Source: Podarcis muralis (lineage: Eukaryota). From it: a stretch of 64,000 nucleotides of DNA. Positions 62,601 to 64,000 of this stretch are shown here, in pieces; position 1 is the stretch's first letter; each line of letters starts with the position of its first letter. Position numbers and translations under genes: made by a program. The DNA lies in the NCBI RefSeq assembly GCF_964188315.1, contig NC_135655.1, positions 85,436,001-85,500,000 on the forward strand, in the 5' to 3' direction. The notes beneath the pieces are model-generated. The model had not been told where the DNA came from, did not search any database, and worked only from the letters and a program-made list of their open reading frames with translations.

Positions 62601-64000
62601 AATCAGGGAGGGCTGCCTCTGACTTTCTGACTGCTTGGCAATATGGGGCAAAACATTAACATCTTAGTGTATGTTGGGGAGGAGTCAGAGGAGTCACGGG
62701 CCCGCCAATGCACGTTCCTAATGTCTTGCCTGCTGGCTGCCTCCATCCCCGGTTTCTCACCAGCCTCTCGGATGAGCTTGCGGGCCTTGGATTCAGCAAA
62801 GGAGGACATCTCGTAAGACTTGTAGTGGCTGCGGGAGTGCTGGAAGCTGTGAAAGGGCACGCTCTTGCAGTAGACAATGCAGTCAGAAAGCTCCTGGGAG
62901 AGGGACTGTTTGGCCTTCTGCAAAGAACGTGAGACCAACTTGTAAATGATGACCATGTGTACTGCAGACACGGGAGTAAGATTGAGTCCCACACCTGCTA
63001 AAAATAGAATCAAAATATCAGGCTTTGTGGGGGGAAGGCTCCTTTTGCCTTTAATTGGTGAGGGGCAGGTAGAGTTTTGGCCCTGGGAACTTTACCTGTC
63101 TTTTGTTAGGAGGAGTCATACCTCAGCAGGGAGCCTATGCGCTTTGCATCCCTGGCATTTCCAGTTTTTAAAAAGACTAATTTAAAACCCTGCCTGGGAG
63201 CTTGGAGAGAGCTGCTAGTCAGAGAACCCAACGGACCAGTGGTTTGACTCACATACAAAGGCAGCTTCCCATATTCCTGCGATAGGAGAAGAGCCCCCTT
63301 TTGCTCCTGAGAAAGAGCCACCAACTCCAAATGATTCAAAGGCTGTAGTGCAGTGTAAGAAAGTTTGCTTTCTCTCCACATCAGGGTTTCCGGGTTTCCC
63401 AGTAGAATCAATGTAGCTCACATTCTATCAAAAACTAACCTGTATGTGTGTATTGTCGTCAGTCACTCCTGCTTTTGCGGGCAGGTACCTCCCACCTGTC
63501 GGTATCTGGCAGGTGAGGTTCAAGTGCATATCGCTCTACCACACTAGTGCAACAATTTTTTAAAGCAAACAAACCCTGGACTTTTAGCAGTTGGGGAAAT
63601 GATGGGGAAATGCATTGAAATTGAGGGATGAGCAAACGATTAATGGGAAGACGTATCAACACTTGGCTGGCAAATTGTTGCATAACCTCCCCACAAACAC
63701 ATTATAATGAATGCTCATAAAGACTGGACATACCTTAACTGCTATGTGAACTTTGTGCAGGCAACTCCAGGATGGATCCTCAAAACATAGCTGCCACTAC
63801 CTCTAAAGAGCCAACTAACCAGGGTTTCCATGTACCTTCTCTTTCTTCTTGTCTTCATTGCGCAGGACTTCTTCCTCTGCCTCTGGCCCCTCTTCCTCCT
63901 CCTCCTCCTCTTCCCGCTCAGGCGGCTCATCCAGATGCCCATTCAAATAATCCTCCAGGTGCCCAATCTTCTTCCCTTTCAGGATGATCTTGCCCTTCAG
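56674..64000 (-). CDS. PLCD4: Phospholipase C delta 4, 3' part (X-Y linker, Y box, C2 domain); gene continues past the window end
   Basis: Exons 64000-63836 ([11 protein letters not shown], acidic linker), 62917-62761, 62256-62140 ([20 protein letters not shown]), 60791-60613 ([17 protein letters not shown]), 59815-59680, 58491-58342 ([21 protein letters not shown]), 56777-56674 ([12 protein letters not shown]..stop); phases are consistent. The delta-4 assignment rests on synteny with ZNF142. Confidence 0.92.
59998..60247. mobile_element. Tigger-like MITE
   Basis: TIR CAGTGGTACCTTGGTTTTCGAA / TTCGAAAACCGAGGTACCACTT; TA flanks. Confidence 0.8.

Noticed and set aside
62918-63013. Open frame extending the PLCD4 exon upstream (possible longer acceptor)
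   Set aside because: The AGs at 62995-96 and 62998-99 give 77- or 80-nt extensions that are out of phase with the upstream exon.

Overview
Vertebrate genomic DNA, most likely a squamate and probably a lacertid lizard (inferred from the Sauria/Squam SINE content). It carries the gene block known from human 2q35: STK36 (- strand, 5' ten coding exons, runs off the window start), RNF25 (+, complete, 514 aa), BCS1L (-, complete, 419 aa), ZNF142 (+, complete, about 2011 aa, two GC-AG introns) and PLCD4 (-, last six coding exons plus part of a seventh). Between RNF25 and BCS1L, which are nearly adjacent in human as I recall, lies an extra multi-exon OLFM4-like olfactomedin gene. Its terminal coding exon is split by a young full-length Sauria SINE with a perfect 12-bp target-site duplication; this gives either a null allele or a SINE removable by cryptic splicing. 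Upstream of that gene is a decayed Penelope-like retroelement carrying an apparently intact minimal type I hammerhead ribozyme with a palindromic stem III. Introns hold hAT, Tigger-like and Tc2-like MITEs, one of them containing tandem arrays of about 90-100 bp hairpin units, plus L2, CR1 and BovB fragments and microsatellites. Exon boundaries were derived by hand from splice signals, phase continuity and remembered human protein sequences; no database search was run.
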